A stretch of DNA of 64,000 nucleotides from Polyangia bacterium (GCA_030429545.1 JAUIFF010000001.1:467599-531598), one strand, 5' to 3'; shown: positions 1 to 9,571, counted from the stretch's first letter. Numbers and translations: made by a program. The notes: a model not told the origin generated them from the letters alone.

Positions 1-1243
1 GAGCCCCAAGGCGTTTACGGCCTTCACCGGACTTCCGTCGTTGCGACCGACCTCGGCACCCGGCGACGACGACCCGTTTTTGGCCCACGCCGGCGGGGTG
101 GGTTCGGCCAACCTAGGGCTCGACGAAGAACCCGAGCCCAAGCCCGAGCCAGAGCCCGAGCCAGACAAGCCCGATACCGACGAAGACGACTTCGATGACG
201 AGGACGACTTCGACGACGACAGCATGTTTGAGGAGGACCCGCGGTTTGTCGAGCTCGGCAAAAAGGCCGAGGAGCTCAACCAGCTCGATCCCGAGGTTGC
301 CCGCCAGCTAAAGGCCTACGGCCCAGAGCGCTTGCAGATCATGCACGATCGAATTATCGACGTCGCCTCGATCCACGCGTTTGTCCCCGAACACCAGGAA
401 CTCAAGCTCGAGGTCATCCGCGACATTCGCAAGTGGATCGACCGCAAGCGTGGTGCCTTCAAGGGGGAGGCGGCCAAGAAGCTCGAGCAGTGGGAGCCCT
501 ACCTCAAGGTCGACCGACCGATCACGATCGGCGACCTGCCCGAGTGGGTGCGGGTGCAATTTCAAGACGCCAACGGTGAACTCGGCAAGTTTGTGGTGGT
601 GTGGTCGCGCGGGACCAAGGCCGATTACCGCGAGTCGCAGTACATCTACCGCGGCTTTATTTCGCTCGAGACAAGCTCTGGGACGGTTCCGGTTGCCGCC
701 GACTACTTTGTGATTACCGAGGTGTTCGACACCCTCAAGGCCGATGGCCCGGTGGTGGTCGGGCTTGCACTGATCGCCCTAGTTATCAGCGTGACCGTGT
801 TGTTTCGCAGCTTTGCCGCTCCGGTCGTCGTTCTCGTGACCGTTGTATGTGCATTGTTATGGCTGACCGGAGTGATGGCTGTCCAAGGATGGAAGTTTCA
901 CTTTCTCAACATCATCGCGCTGCCACTACTCATCGGCATGGGGCAGGACGATGCGATCCACCTGCTGCATCGGAAAAACGAGCTTGGCTCGGTCCGTGGG
1001 GCACTGCGCAAAACTAGCGGGGTGCTGGTGTTCACCACGGTCACAACCCAGATCGGATTTGGCGGGATGCTAGGAGTCGACCATCCCGGGCTTTCGTCGC
1101 TCGGCTGGGTTGCCGTTGTCGGGATGCTCTTGTGTCTTATCGCCTCGGTGAGTGTTGTGCCAATCCTGCTCGGCCTCGGGCAGCTTCTTGCCAAACAACT
1201 TGGTTTCTCGTCACGTCAGCGCCCAAGTGGGCCGCCCAAGTAG
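1..1243 (+). CDS. MMPL/RND-superfamily transporter, C-terminal half; the 5' end lies outside the window
   Basis: The ORF 41..1243 is open from the window edge. Its C-terminus has a run of TM helices with an RND/MMPL-like TM-bundle motif (LALIALVISVTVLFRSF...PLLIGMGQDDAIHLL). An acidic low-complexity stretch ([27 protein letters not shown]) precedes it. Confidence 0.55.
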   Translation, partial: SPKAFTAFTGLPSLRPTSAPGDDDPFLAHAGGVGSANLGLDEEPEPKPEPEPEPDKPDTDEDDFDDEDDFDDDSMFEEDPRFVELGKKAEELNQLDPEVARQLKAYGPERLQIMHDRIIDVASIHAFVPEHQELKLEVIRDIRKWIDRKRGAFKGEAAKKLEQWEPYLKVDRPITIGDLPEWVRVQFQDANGELGKFVVVWSRGTKADYRESQYIYRGFISLETSSGTVPVAADYFVITEVFDTLKADGPVVVGLALIALVISVTVLFRSFAAPVVVLVTVVCALLWLTGVMAVQGWKFHFLNIIALPLLIGMGQDDAIHLLHRKNELGSVRGALRKTSGVLVFTTVTTQIGFGGMLGVDHPGLSSLGWVAVVGMLLCLIASVSVVPILLGLGQLLAKQLGFSSRQRPSGPPK

Positions 1244-1345
1244 CCTCGAGAAGACCTGCCTCACCTGGGGTAAACGGCCCCAGATGTGCAAATAAACAGG
1301 GTTTTCGAGAAAAATAGTGATAAAACAGGAGCCGTAGGTTTCGCC

Positions 1346-1756
1346 ATGATCATGATGGTTGAAGATAGCCCGGAAGATGTGGAGGCTGCGCGTCGAGTGC
1401 TCACGCAACTCGGGCTGGCCGATCGGCTCAAGCATTTTTGGGATGGCGAGTCAGCACTCACGTTCCTCCATCAGTTCGACCAAAACGACAGACGTCCCGA
1501 GCTGATCCTGCTCGACCTCAACTTGCCTGGGGCCGAGGGTCGTGATGTGCTTGCGGAGATCAAAAGCCATCCGAATCTGCGCAGCATTCCAGTTGTTGTG
1601 TTTACATCGTCCGACGAACCCGCGGATATCGAGGCTTGTTATGCCCGTGGGGCCAACAGCTACATTCGCAAACCCATCCATCTCGAGGGTTTTCGGGCGA
1701 CACTTCGGCAGCTGAGCGACTACTGGCTCAACACGGTTTCGCTACCCGCGAGGTAA
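1346..1756 (+). CDS. single-domain response regulator (CheY-like receiver)
   Basis: Receiver motifs are present: IMMVEDSPEDV, the phospho-acceptor context LILLDLNLPG, VVVFTSSDEP and YIRKPI. The start was chosen at the MIMMVED Met inside ORF 1286..1756. Confidence 0.75.
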   Translation: MIMMVEDSPEDVEAARRVLTQLGLADRLKHFWDGESALTFLHQFDQNDRRPELILLDLNLPGAEGRDVLAEIKSHPNLRSIPVVVFTSSDEPADIEACYARGANSYIRKPIHLEGFRATLRQLSDYWLNTVSLPAR

Positions 1757-1781
1757 AAGACCGCGGTAGGGTGGCGCTTGC

Positions 1782-3245
1782 ATGCAAGGCGCCATCCAGT
1801 TTGAGCTCAACGGCGAGCCTGTGGTTGTCGAGGGATTGTCCCCGACGACGACATTGCTCAACTATTTGCGGGATACACGGCGACTCGTCGGGACCAAAGA
1901 GGGCTGTGCAGAGGGCGATTGCGGGGCCTGTACCGTTGTTGTGGTTGAGCGCGGCGGGCCCCAAGGGCCGGGTTTTCGCGCGGTTAACTCCTGCCTGTTG
2001 CTCCTGCCACTTTGTCACGGCAAGCAGGTGTTTACGGTCGAAGCCCTACGCGACAGCGACTACCACCCGGTTCAGCACGCCCTTGTTGCCGCCCTCGGCT
2101 CGCAGTGCGGGTACTGCACGCCCGGCGTTATCATGTCGATGTTTGAGGCCTGCTACCGCACCGACCTCGATGCCGGGTGGAAGCTCGACGACCAGATGTG
2201 CGGCAATCTGTGCCGTTGCACGGGCTACCGGCCGATCCGTGATGCGACCACGCAAATCGCCGGTACCCGTCCGCCCGGGCGGTTTTTGAAGGTGCTGTCG
2301 AGCACGGGGCCAACCCCGCAGGCTCTCGACTACCGGCATCAGCAGCAGCGCTTTAGCGTGCCCACCAGCTTTACCGAATTGTTTGATGTGTTGCGCGAGT
2401 GCCCCGACGCGCGGCTTGTGTGTGGTGCGACCGACCTTGGCCTCGACGTCACCAAAAAGCACGTCACCTTTGCCTCGCTGGTCTCGCTGCACGGTCTGCC
2501 CGAGTTGGCCAAGCTCGAAGTCCGCGACAACCACCTGCTGATCGGCGCGACCGTGAACCTCGCCGATCTCGAAGATGTGTGTACAACAACATGCCCGCCG
2601 CTCGCCCGCATGCTGCGGTTTTTTGGGGCCCGGCAAATCAAAAACCGGGCGACGATTGGCGGCAACCTGTGCAATGCCTCGCCAATCGGCGACCTCGCCC
2701 CGGTACTGCTGGCCCTGGGCGCGCGGGTGGTCGCCCGCTCACACCGCGGGGAGCGGGTGATACCCATTGCCGAGTTTTTTGTTGGCTACCGCCAAACAGC
2801 GCTCGAGCCCGGTGAAATTCTGGCCCGGGTCGACTGTCCGCTACCGCCAAAAAATGCCCGGGTTGGTGCCTACAAAGTCTCGCGCCGGCGTGAGCTCGAC
2901 ATCAGCGCGGTCGCGGCCGGTATGTATGTCGAACTCGATGATGCCGGGCTCGTGAGCTGTGCGCGGATAGGTTTTGGGGGGATGGCAGCCACGCCGGCCC
3001 GGGCCGCGAACGTTGAAGCTGCATTGATTGGCCAGCCCTGGACCGCCGAGACCTGTACCCGGGCATCGCAGGCGGTCACTACCGATTTTCAGCCGATCGA
3101 CGACCACCGCAGCAGTGCATGGTTTCGCCGCAAGGTCGCTCAGAACCTCGTTGCCGGTTTTTATGCAGATACATTAGATTCGCCCCAACCCAACCTACCA
3201 GATCGGCCCGTCAGCACGCTGCTTCACGCCGGAGGTCAGCCATGA
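1782..3245 (+). CDS. xdhA: xanthine dehydrogenase small subunit ([2Fe-2S] + FAD-binding), Rhodobacter-type XdhA
   Basis: The N-terminal 2Fe-2S ferredoxin motifs are GCAEGDCGACTV and CGYCTPG. A FAD-binding/CO-dehydrogenase flavoprotein-like middle and C-terminus follows. The stop overlaps the next start (ATGA). Confidence 0.85.
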   Translation: MQGAIQFELNGEPVVVEGLSPTTTLLNYLRDTRRLVGTKEGCAEGDCGACTVVVVERGGPQGPGFRAVNSCLLLLPLCHGKQVFTVEALRDSDYHPVQHALVAALGSQCGYCTPGVIMSMFEACYRTDLDAGWKLDDQMCGNLCRCTGYRPIRDATTQIAGTRPPGRFLKVLSSTGPTPQALDYRHQQQRFSVPTSFTELFDVLRECPDARLVCGATDLGLDVTKKHVTFASLVSLHGLPELAKLEVRDNHLLIGATVNLADLEDVCTTTCPPLARMLRFFGARQIKNRATIGGNLCNASPIGDLAPVLLALGARVVARSHRGERVIPIAEFFVGYRQTALEPGEILARVDCPLPPKNARVGAYKVSRRRELDISAVAAGMYVELDDAGLVSCARIGFGGMAATPARAANVEAALIGQPWTAETCTRASQAVTTDFQPIDDHRSSAWFRRKVAQNLVAGFYADTLDSPQPNLPDRPVSTLLHAGGQP

Positions 3246-5551
3246 CTGTCAAACCGTCCCCAAGCCCGCTACACCAGCCCGGCCCCCACGAAAGTGGCTA
3301 CCGCCATGCCTCCGGCGAGGCCCGCTATGTCGACGACCTGCCGATGTTGCCGGGAACACTTGTATGTACAATATTTACCTCGCCGATCGCCCGCGGCAAG
3401 ATTTCCTCACTCGATGTCTCGCGCGCCCGCACAAGCCCAGGAGTTGCGGCCGTTTTGACCGCGGCGGAGCTTCCGGGTAGCAACCGCATTGGTCCGATCT
3501 TCCACGACGAGCCGCTGCTCGCCGAGGCGCAGCTCGACTATGTCGGCCAGCCGATAGCGCTGGTTGTTGGCGAGTCCTACGCGGCCTGTCGCGCCGCGGC
3601 GGCGCAGATCGAGTTCGAGTGCGAGGCTCACAAACCGATCCTCAACATCGCCGAGGCGATTGCCGCCGAGTCGTTTCACGGTGAGCCCCACACGATTGCC
3701 CGCGGGGATGTTGAGCAAGCCCTGGCCGGGGCGGCCCATGTGCTCGAAGGGCAGTTTGAAAGCGGGGCCCAGGACCACTTTTATTTGGAAACCCAGGCCG
3801 CGCTCGCGCTCCCGCTCGAGGACGGCAATTTCCATGTCTATGCATCGACCCAACACCCGTCCGAGGTCCAGCACATGGTCGCGGAGATCCTCGGAATCGG
3901 GCAGCAGCGGGTGGTGTGCGAAGTTCCGCGGATGGGTGGGGGCTTTGGCGGGAAGGAGTCGCAGGCGACCGGTGTGGCCGTGCTCGCGGCCGTCGCTGCC
4001 CAAACCACCGGGCGGCCTGTCAAGGTTTGGCTCAACCGCGAGCAGGACATGTTGATCACCGGCAATCGCCATCCGTTTGCCACCCGCTACCGCGCCGGGT
4101 TTGACGAGGACGGGCGGTTTGTCGCCCTCGACATCGAAATTTTTAGCGACGGGGGATTTAGCTCCGACCTGTCGTTGCCGGTGCTCGACCGGGCATTGTT
4201 TCACCTCGACAATGCCTACTACCTGCCCAACCTGCGGTTTGTCGGGCGTGCATGCAAAACAAACCTCGCGTCGAACACCGCGTTTCGCGGGTTTGGTGGC
4301 CCCCAGGGGATGTTGGCAACCGAGGTCATCCTCGACCGCCTCAGCGAGCAACTCGGGCGCGACCCGGCCGACCTCCGGGCCCTCAATTTTTATGGAGATG
4401 CGCCGCGCAACCGCACCCCCTACGGGCAGGAAGTCCGTGACAATCGGCTGCCGCGGGTGTTTTCGGAGTTGATGGCCACCAGCGAGTACCGAGCTCGCCG
4501 CGACGCAATTGCGACCTTCAACCGCAACTCGGTGTGGCGTAAACGCGGGATCGGCTTCGCCCCGGTCAAGTTTGGCATTTCGTTTACCAAGAGTGTGCTG
4601 AACCAGGCCGGTGCGCTTGTACTTGTGTATACAGATGGTTCGGTCCAACTCAACCACGGCGGGACCGAGATGGGGCAGGGGCTCCACACCAAAATGCTCG
4701 CGGTGTGTTGCCACGAACTCGGCGTGGTGCCTGAGCAGGTGCGGGTGATGCAGACCGCAACCGACAAGGTGCCCAACACCTCGGCAACGGCGGCCTCGTC
4801 GGGTTCGGACCTCAATGGTCAGGCCGTGCGTCAGGCCTGCGCGACAATCCGTGAACGCCTGCGCCCGGTCGCTGCCACCATGCTCGGTTGCGACGGTCAA
4901 CAAATTGTATTTACACAGGGGATGGTGCGCGGCAACGGCCGACAGTTGCCATTTTCCGAGGTCGTCGGCCAGGCCTACCTCGAGCAGGTCAGCCTCTCGG
5001 CAACCGGTTACTACCGTACCCCCGGGATCCACTACGATCACGCCAGCGGCCAGGGAGAGCCGTTTTATTACTTTGCCTACGGTGCTGCCGTGTGCGAGGT
5101 CGAAGTCGACGGGGCAACCGGCGAGCATCGCTTGTTGCGTGTCGATATCCTCCACGACGTTGGCACGTCGCTGGTGCCGACCATCGACATCGGCCAGGTC
5201 GAGGGTGGGTTTGTCCAGGGGGTCGGTTGGCTGACCTGCGAGCAGATGGTGAACGACAGCAAGGGCAGGCCACTGACGCTCGGGCCCTCGACCTACAAGG
5301 TGCCGGCGATCGGCGACGTGCCTGTGGATATGCATGTAAAACTGCTCGAGCGGGCGCCCCAGGCCGGGGTGATCCACGGGAGTAAGGCCGTCGGTGAGCC
5401 CCCGTTTATGCTGGCGATCGGTGTGGTGCATGCCCTTCGCCACGCGATTCACGGGTTTGGTGGCCGGGTCGTCGAGTTGGCAATTCCGGCGACGCCCGAG
5501 GCGATTTTGCGGGCGGTCGAACACCAAAAAACCGGTGCTTTGCCGGGCTAA
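3242..5551 (+). CDS. xdhB: xanthine dehydrogenase molybdopterin-binding subunit
   Basis: The product starts MTVKPSP..., with the ATG overlapping the xdhA stop. It has aldehyde oxidase/xanthine dehydrogenase a/b-hammerhead and MoCo-binding motifs (GGGFGGKE, FRGFGGPQG). The track ORF 3119..5551 extends upstream in-frame inside xdhA. Confidence 0.85.
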   Translation: MTVKPSPSPLHQPGPHESGYRHASGEARYVDDLPMLPGTLVCTIFTSPIARGKISSLDVSRARTSPGVAAVLTAAELPGSNRIGPIFHDEPLLAEAQLDYVGQPIALVVGESYAACRAAAAQIEFECEAHKPILNIAEAIAAESFHGEPHTIARGDVEQALAGAAHVLEGQFESGAQDHFYLETQAALALPLEDGNFHVYASTQHPSEVQHMVAEILGIGQQRVVCEVPRMGGGFGGKESQATGVAVLAAVAAQTTGRPVKVWLNREQDMLITGNRHPFATRYRAGFDEDGRFVALDIEIFSDGGFSSDLSLPVLDRALFHLDNAYYLPNLRFVGRACKTNLASNTAFRGFGGPQGMLATEVILDRLSEQLGRDPADLRALNFYGDAPRNRTPYGQEVRDNRLPRVFSELMATSEYRARRDAIATFNRNSVWRKRGIGFAPVKFGISFTKSVLNQAGALVLVYTDGSVQLNHGGTEMGQGLHTKMLAVCCHELGVVPEQVRVMQTATDKVPNTSATAASSGSDLNGQAVRQACATIRERLRPVAATMLGCDGQQIVFTQGMVRGNGRQLPFSEVVGQAYLEQVSLSATGYYRTPGIHYDHASGQGEPFYYFAYGAAVCEVEVDGATGEHRLLRVDILHDVGTSLVPTIDIGQVEGGFVQGVGWLTCEQMVNDSKGRPLTLGPSTYKVPAIGDVPVDMHVKLLERAPQAGVIHGSKAVGEPPFMLAIGVVHALRHAIHGFGGRVVELAIPATPEAILRAVEHQKTGALPG

Positions 5552-5586
5552 AAGGTCACGGCGAGGGCCTGGCTCACGGGGTGGCT

Positions 5587-5678
5587 GGCCTGGGTGGTCG
5601 AGTTGGCGATGCCGGTGATAGCGGTCGATTTGCGGGCGGGCGGTCGAACACCAAATAACCTGGGCTTTACCGAGCGAA
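5587..5678. repeat. degenerate direct duplicate of the last ~90 bp of xdhB
   Basis: Positions 5462-5551 (ggccgggtcgtcgagttggcaattccggcgacg...ggtcgaacaccaaaaaaccggtgctttgccgggc) recur at 5587-5678 (ggcctgggtggtcgagttggcgatgccggtgatagcggtcgatttgcgggcgggcggtcgaacaccaaataacctgggctttaccgagc). Identity is about 80% with small indels. Confidence 0.5.
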
Positions 5679-6114
5679 CCAGTCTCGGTGAGGGCACTGC
5701 ACGCGACCGGAATGGAGCGTGTGTTGCTTTCGCGTTATCTGTTGCTGATACATGAAAATCAGGGTGCCGTCGGTCGAGCTGAGATCGGACGGGCGACTGT
5801 GCGCAGGTGCGCAGCGATCGGTGCGTCTACATCCACTTGGAGGGTGGGGGTTGCGGACATGTGACCGTGGCTTTCGCAGCGTAAGCTTCGCCGGGTCCTC
5901 ACGGCCCCAATGACGGTCAGGATTCACGGAGGCGTAAAACACTGTCTACGCGGGTTGTTGTGATGTGCGTGAAATCGGTCTGGCTCGAATCGCGCAGTGT
6001 GCTAAGACGACGCGCAACAACGGCCCATGACAGCGGCGAGTGCGGGCGATAGACTGCCGAATCGTTCCGCCCCGCCACGGGGCCAACCTGTTTCCAACAC
6101 TGAGAGCGCTCCCA

Positions 6115-7368
6115 ATGACCGTACAGTTAAAGCTGGGCAATTCCACCATTGCAGTCGACCAATCCAACCCCCGTGTGTTGATTGGCCGCGACGAAAACAC
6201 CTGTGAGCTCGCAGCTCCAGACGCGAGTATTTCCCGGCGTCACGCCGAGGTCTACCTCGAAGGCGGCAATGTCTTTTTGCGCGACCTAGGCTCGTCCAAC
6301 GGTACCTGGGTCGACGGTGCGCCGGTGGGTCAGCGACCTGTGCAGCTACAAGCAAATATGCAGGTGTTTATTGGGCACGCACCGCTCGGTGTCGAGTGGA
6401 CCGGTGGCGGTGCCCAGGGAGCCACCGTCATGGGCGCGGTTCCGCCGGAGATCAAAGCCCTCATGGAGGCGCGGCGCAAGCAAATCGCTTCGGGCGGATC
6501 GGTTGCGGTCCAACCCGTGGCCCAACGTGCCCCGCAACAAACCTTCGCCCCGTCGGGTTCGCCCGCCGCCCAGGCCCAAGCCAACGCCGCGCAAAGTACC
6601 GTGGGTGGCAATGCCGGTGGCCTGGGAGTCGGTGGCACCGTGGCGCCGATGCCCTCGGACCTGTCCTACCGGCGTCAGGGGTCTAACAACAACGGCGTGC
6701 TGTTGATTGCGCTCAACGGCGACACGTTTAGCAACGACTCCGACCTAGAGGGGTACTTGGAGTTCACGGCCACCGACAAAGAGACAGTCGCATCGATCTT
6801 TATCGAGTTGGTCGAGAAGCACAAAAAAGGCCCCAAGAAGGGTCATGTCTGGGATCGTCACCTGGTGCGCCAGGGGCCGTGGCGCACGGCCAAGGGCGAC
6901 GTGTTGCCGATGCCGTTCAAGTTGCGGATTCCCCCGGGCACCTCGATTTCGGGGCCCGATTGCCACTGGGAGCTGCGCGGCTACGTCGACATCGACTGGG
7001 CGCTCGACATCGAGGCCAAGTGCCCGATCAACATTCGCAACCGCGACATCGAGAAAATCCGCGATGCCCTGGGTGCGCTCGACTACCGCGTGGTCAACCT
7101 CGACTCCAAGCCGCTGGGCCAAAGCTTCAAGGGCAAGTTCCAGCCGCCCACCCAACTGCGCAAGCAGGTCGGGATCACCGATATCAACCTCCTCATCGAG
7201 TATTTGGGCACCAACCTCAAAATGACGCTCGAGGTCGAGAAGACCAAGCTGTTCAAGTTCGACAAGAAAAACGAGTTTGTCTTCGACATCAACAAGCTCC
7301 GGGCAGCGTCCAATGCCCAGCTCAGCAGCCTGTTCCAAGAAGAGATCAACAAGCTCATGAACAAGTGA
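6115..7368 (+). CDS. FHA-domain protein with a Lys-rich C-terminal domain of unknown function
   Basis: The N-terminal FHA signature is IGRDENTCEL...SRRHAEV...LRDLGSSNGTWV. An Ala/Gln/Gly-rich linker follows. The ~250-aa C-terminal domain has no motif I recognise. The start is taken at MTVQLKLG inside ORF 6040..7368. Confidence 0.7.
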   Translation: MTVQLKLGNSTIAVDQSNPRVLIGRDENTCELAAPDASISRRHAEVYLEGGNVFLRDLGSSNGTWVDGAPVGQRPVQLQANMQVFIGHAPLGVEWTGGGAQGATVMGAVPPEIKALMEARRKQIASGGSVAVQPVAQRAPQQTFAPSGSPAAQAQANAAQSTVGGNAGGLGVGGTVAPMPSDLSYRRQGSNNNGVLLIALNGDTFSNDSDLEGYLEFTATDKETVASIFIELVEKHKKGPKKGHVWDRHLVRQGPWRTAKGDVLPMPFKLRIPPGTSISGPDCHWELRGYVDIDWALDIEAKCPINIRNRDIEKIRDALGALDYRVVNLDSKPLGQSFKGKFQPPTQLRKQVGITDINLLIEYLGTNLKMTLEVEKTKLFKFDKKNEFVFDINKLRAASNAQLSSLFQEEINKLMNK

Positions 7369-7385
7369 GCCGGTTGTCGTCGCGC

Positions 7386-7420
7386 ACAGGCGGTCTTTGT
7401 GGGCCGCCTGTTGTGTTTAA
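7386..7420 (+). terminator. putative intrinsic terminator after the FHA gene
   Basis: The stem acaggcgg/ccgcctgt (8 bp) has a 10-nt loop and is followed by ttgtgttt. Confidence 0.4.
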
Positions 7421-7544
7421 TAGTGATTGTATAGACAAGCAGCCTGTTGCTAAGACTTATTGTCTATACATTTAGGTGGCACTCACGGCTTTCGAATTTG
7501 TCGAATAGTGTGTGTTTGCGAGTGAGATGACGTAGAATTGCCAG

Positions 7545-8435
7545 GTGCCCCGCCACTCCAACCAGCCTCCGCGCCGGCTTTCGGGCCTGCTCCCGGGCCT
7601 TTGCCTAGCATGGGGGCTGTCGGTGAGTGGGTGTGCAGGTCCTAACCTGTGGACGGATGGCACCAGCGTGTCGACTGGCAAAACCAACCGTGGAAGGACG
7701 CGGCATCCGGCGAAGTTGCCGTACAAGGGCCGTGGATTCGTCGTCCCCAAGCGCTGGAAAGACCGTGGGTTTCAGTACGGTGTCGATGAGTTGGTCGCGG
7801 CGATTCAGCGTGCAGCTGCCCGGGTCCGGGGCAGGGCGGCCAGGATCAAACTCGGGGTGGCGGACATCAGTCCAAAGCGCGGCGGCAAAAGTCAGTGGCA
7901 TGCGAGCCACCAAAGCGGCCGCGATGTCGACCTGATTTTTTATACGGTCGACGAAAAGGGACGCCCGCTCGGCCCGCCCGAAGAAATGATCCACTTCGAT
8001 GACGAGGGCAAACCCTACGAGAAACCCCGGCAGACATACGACGATGCTTCGTGGTCCTCGCGGCGGTTTGACACGGCCCACAACTGGAAGTTGATCGAGT
8101 CGCTGTTGACCGACCCAACCATCCGCTTGCAGTGGGTGTTTGTGTCGGAGGGGCTCAAGCAACGCCTGCTGGCCTACGCGGTTCGCGAAAAACGTCCGGC
8201 CTGGGTGATTGCCTACGCCAAGGTGGTGCTCCGCCAGCCGCGGGATGCTCCGCCCCACGACGATCACTTTCACATCCGGATCTACTGCAATCGCGGCGAT
8301 CGGTTTTACGGCTGCGTCGACCGTGGTGTGGTCTGGCACCACGAAAAGAAGAGTTTTCGCTACGAGGGGCTCGAGCGCTACGACCCGGTGATGTGGCGGC
8401 TGATGACAGGTCTGCCGCTACTCACAGCCGGGTGA
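7545..8435 (+). CDS. mepA: penicillin-insensitive murein endopeptidase (peptidase M74) lipoprotein
   Basis: A lipoprotein signal (LSVSGC) is present. The MepA-like metal-ligand motifs are WHASHQSGRDVDL and HDDHFHIRIY. Confidence 0.7.
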   Translation: MPRHSNQPPRRLSGLLPGLCLAWGLSVSGCAGPNLWTDGTSVSTGKTNRGRTRHPAKLPYKGRGFVVPKRWKDRGFQYGVDELVAAIQRAAARVRGRAARIKLGVADISPKRGGKSQWHASHQSGRDVDLIFYTVDEKGRPLGPPEEMIHFDDEGKPYEKPRQTYDDASWSSRRFDTAHNWKLIESLLTDPTIRLQWVFVSEGLKQRLLAYAVREKRPAWVIAYAKVVLRQPRDAPPHDDHFHIRIYCNRGDRFYGCVDRGVVWHHEKKSFRYEGLERYDPVMWRLMTGLPLLTAG

Positions 8436-8469
8436 TGGTTGGCGAGTAGGGTCGCTGAGACAGGTTTGC

Positions 8470-8608
8470 GATCTCCTAGCGAGGCTCGCTCCTCGTTGGC
8501 GGGCGATCTTATTTCGCATCGAAATCGCGATCTATTGAAACGATCGGTTGGCGATCTCGATTGAGGTCAGATTGCCGATTGAGATCTCCCGAACACCGAG
8601 ATCAGATC
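8470..8608. promoter_or_regulatory. GATC-dense repeat cluster ((G/A)(C/A)GATCT x ~6-8) in a low-GC intergenic island
   Basis: Eight GATC sites fall within ~140 bp: gcgatctcc, gcgatctta, gcgatctat, cgatcgg, gcgatctcg, gagatctcc, gagatcagatctc. A visibly AT-richer stretch follows, to ~8880. Confidence 0.3.
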
Positions 8609-8969
8609 TCTTTGCTTGCACGGCCAAAGACTTCTGTGAGTGTGTTCAGGTCTCCGCGTAATTCGTCTCATAGTTGCAAAATACATTGAACCACGCGGGG
8701 GAGAGTTGATGACGCGTGACGCTTTAATAGGCGTGTACGGTCGGTCAGCACTGAACGAGAAGTCAGGAAACGAATCAAAAAAACTTGCTTGTACGAGTAG
8801 AAACTGCTTCCTGAAATCTACTGAATAGAATACATTCGTTTTCGAAGCATGATGCTGATCTCCTTGATGGATCGCTCAGCGCTTGTTTCCACCAGCGAAG
8901 CTATTTGAGATGCTCGTTCGGCAGTCTCTGCCCACGCCGTCTCCCATGCGATCCCAGCAGTCAGCCACC

Positions 8970-9515
8970 ATGTCCGTTTCCCTCACCGAAGCTCAGATCC
9001 GCGAGATCGAAGCAGCGCACCCCGAAGGATTGAGTTCCCAGGAATTGGTGGCTGTGTTCGCGAACAATCGCGTCCGGTTTAGCGAGGCAAACCTGCGGCG
9101 GTACGTCCAGCTCGGGCTGGTCCCGCGCTCGCGCAGGGTGGGGCGCAAGGGCAAGCACCTAGGCTCGCGCGGGGTCTATCCGGTTCGCTCGGTCCGTCGC
9201 ATCAACACCATCAAACGCCTGATGGCCGATCGCTACACGATCGAGGAAATCCAGGCGAAGTTGCTCGTCTTCAAAGACAGCATCGAGACCCTCGACGAAG
9301 CTGTCGACGAGCTGGTCCGGGTGTTTGAGAACCGTGTGGCTGCGGAACCTCCGTCGCCACGAAAAGACCGCCTCTCCACCGAACTCCAATCGATCCGTAC
9401 AACCGCCAGTGATTTGCTCACCGGGGTTCAGCGGCTTGAAAAATTACTCGTGTCTGCGCAACAACGTCGCCGCCCTCGTGGAGGTGGCGCAGCCAGCCCA
9501 ACTGAACTGCTTTAG
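8970..9515 (+). CDS. MerR-family-like HTH transcriptional regulator
   Basis: The MerR-type HTH pattern is [32 protein letters not shown]...[29 protein letters not shown], with a C-terminal coiled coil. The start is uncertain; alternative Mets are at 8883 and 8946. Confidence 0.5.
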   Translation: MSVSLTEAQIREIEAAHPEGLSSQELVAVFANNRVRFSEANLRRYVQLGLVPRSRRVGRKGKHLGSRGVYPVRSVRRINTIKRLMADRYTIEEIQAKLLVFKDSIETLDEAVDELVRVFENRVAAEPPSPRKDRLSTELQSIRTTASDLLTGVQRLEKLLVSAQQRRRPRGGGAASPTELL

Positions 9516-9571
9516 ATCTTCGCGTTTTCGCCGATTGCACACAATTCGTCAGGTATCACGGGGCCAGCCAG

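Noticed and set aside
3407-5527. 706-aa minus-strand ORF
   Set aside because: It is fully antisense to xdhB, whose product has unmistakable molybdopterin-dehydrogenase motifs. It is a typical high-GC shadow ORF with an R/G/P-rich product. The same reasoning applies to 10543..11820 (antisense to purH), 15273..16253 (antisense to hisZ), 61915..63012 (antisense to the PPIase), 36426..37434 and 37540..38286.
8640-8828. 62-aa ORF in the AT-rich island
   Set aside because: It lies in anomalously low-GC DNA with no SD, and its codon usage is unlike neighbouring genes. It is more likely regulatory or RNA.
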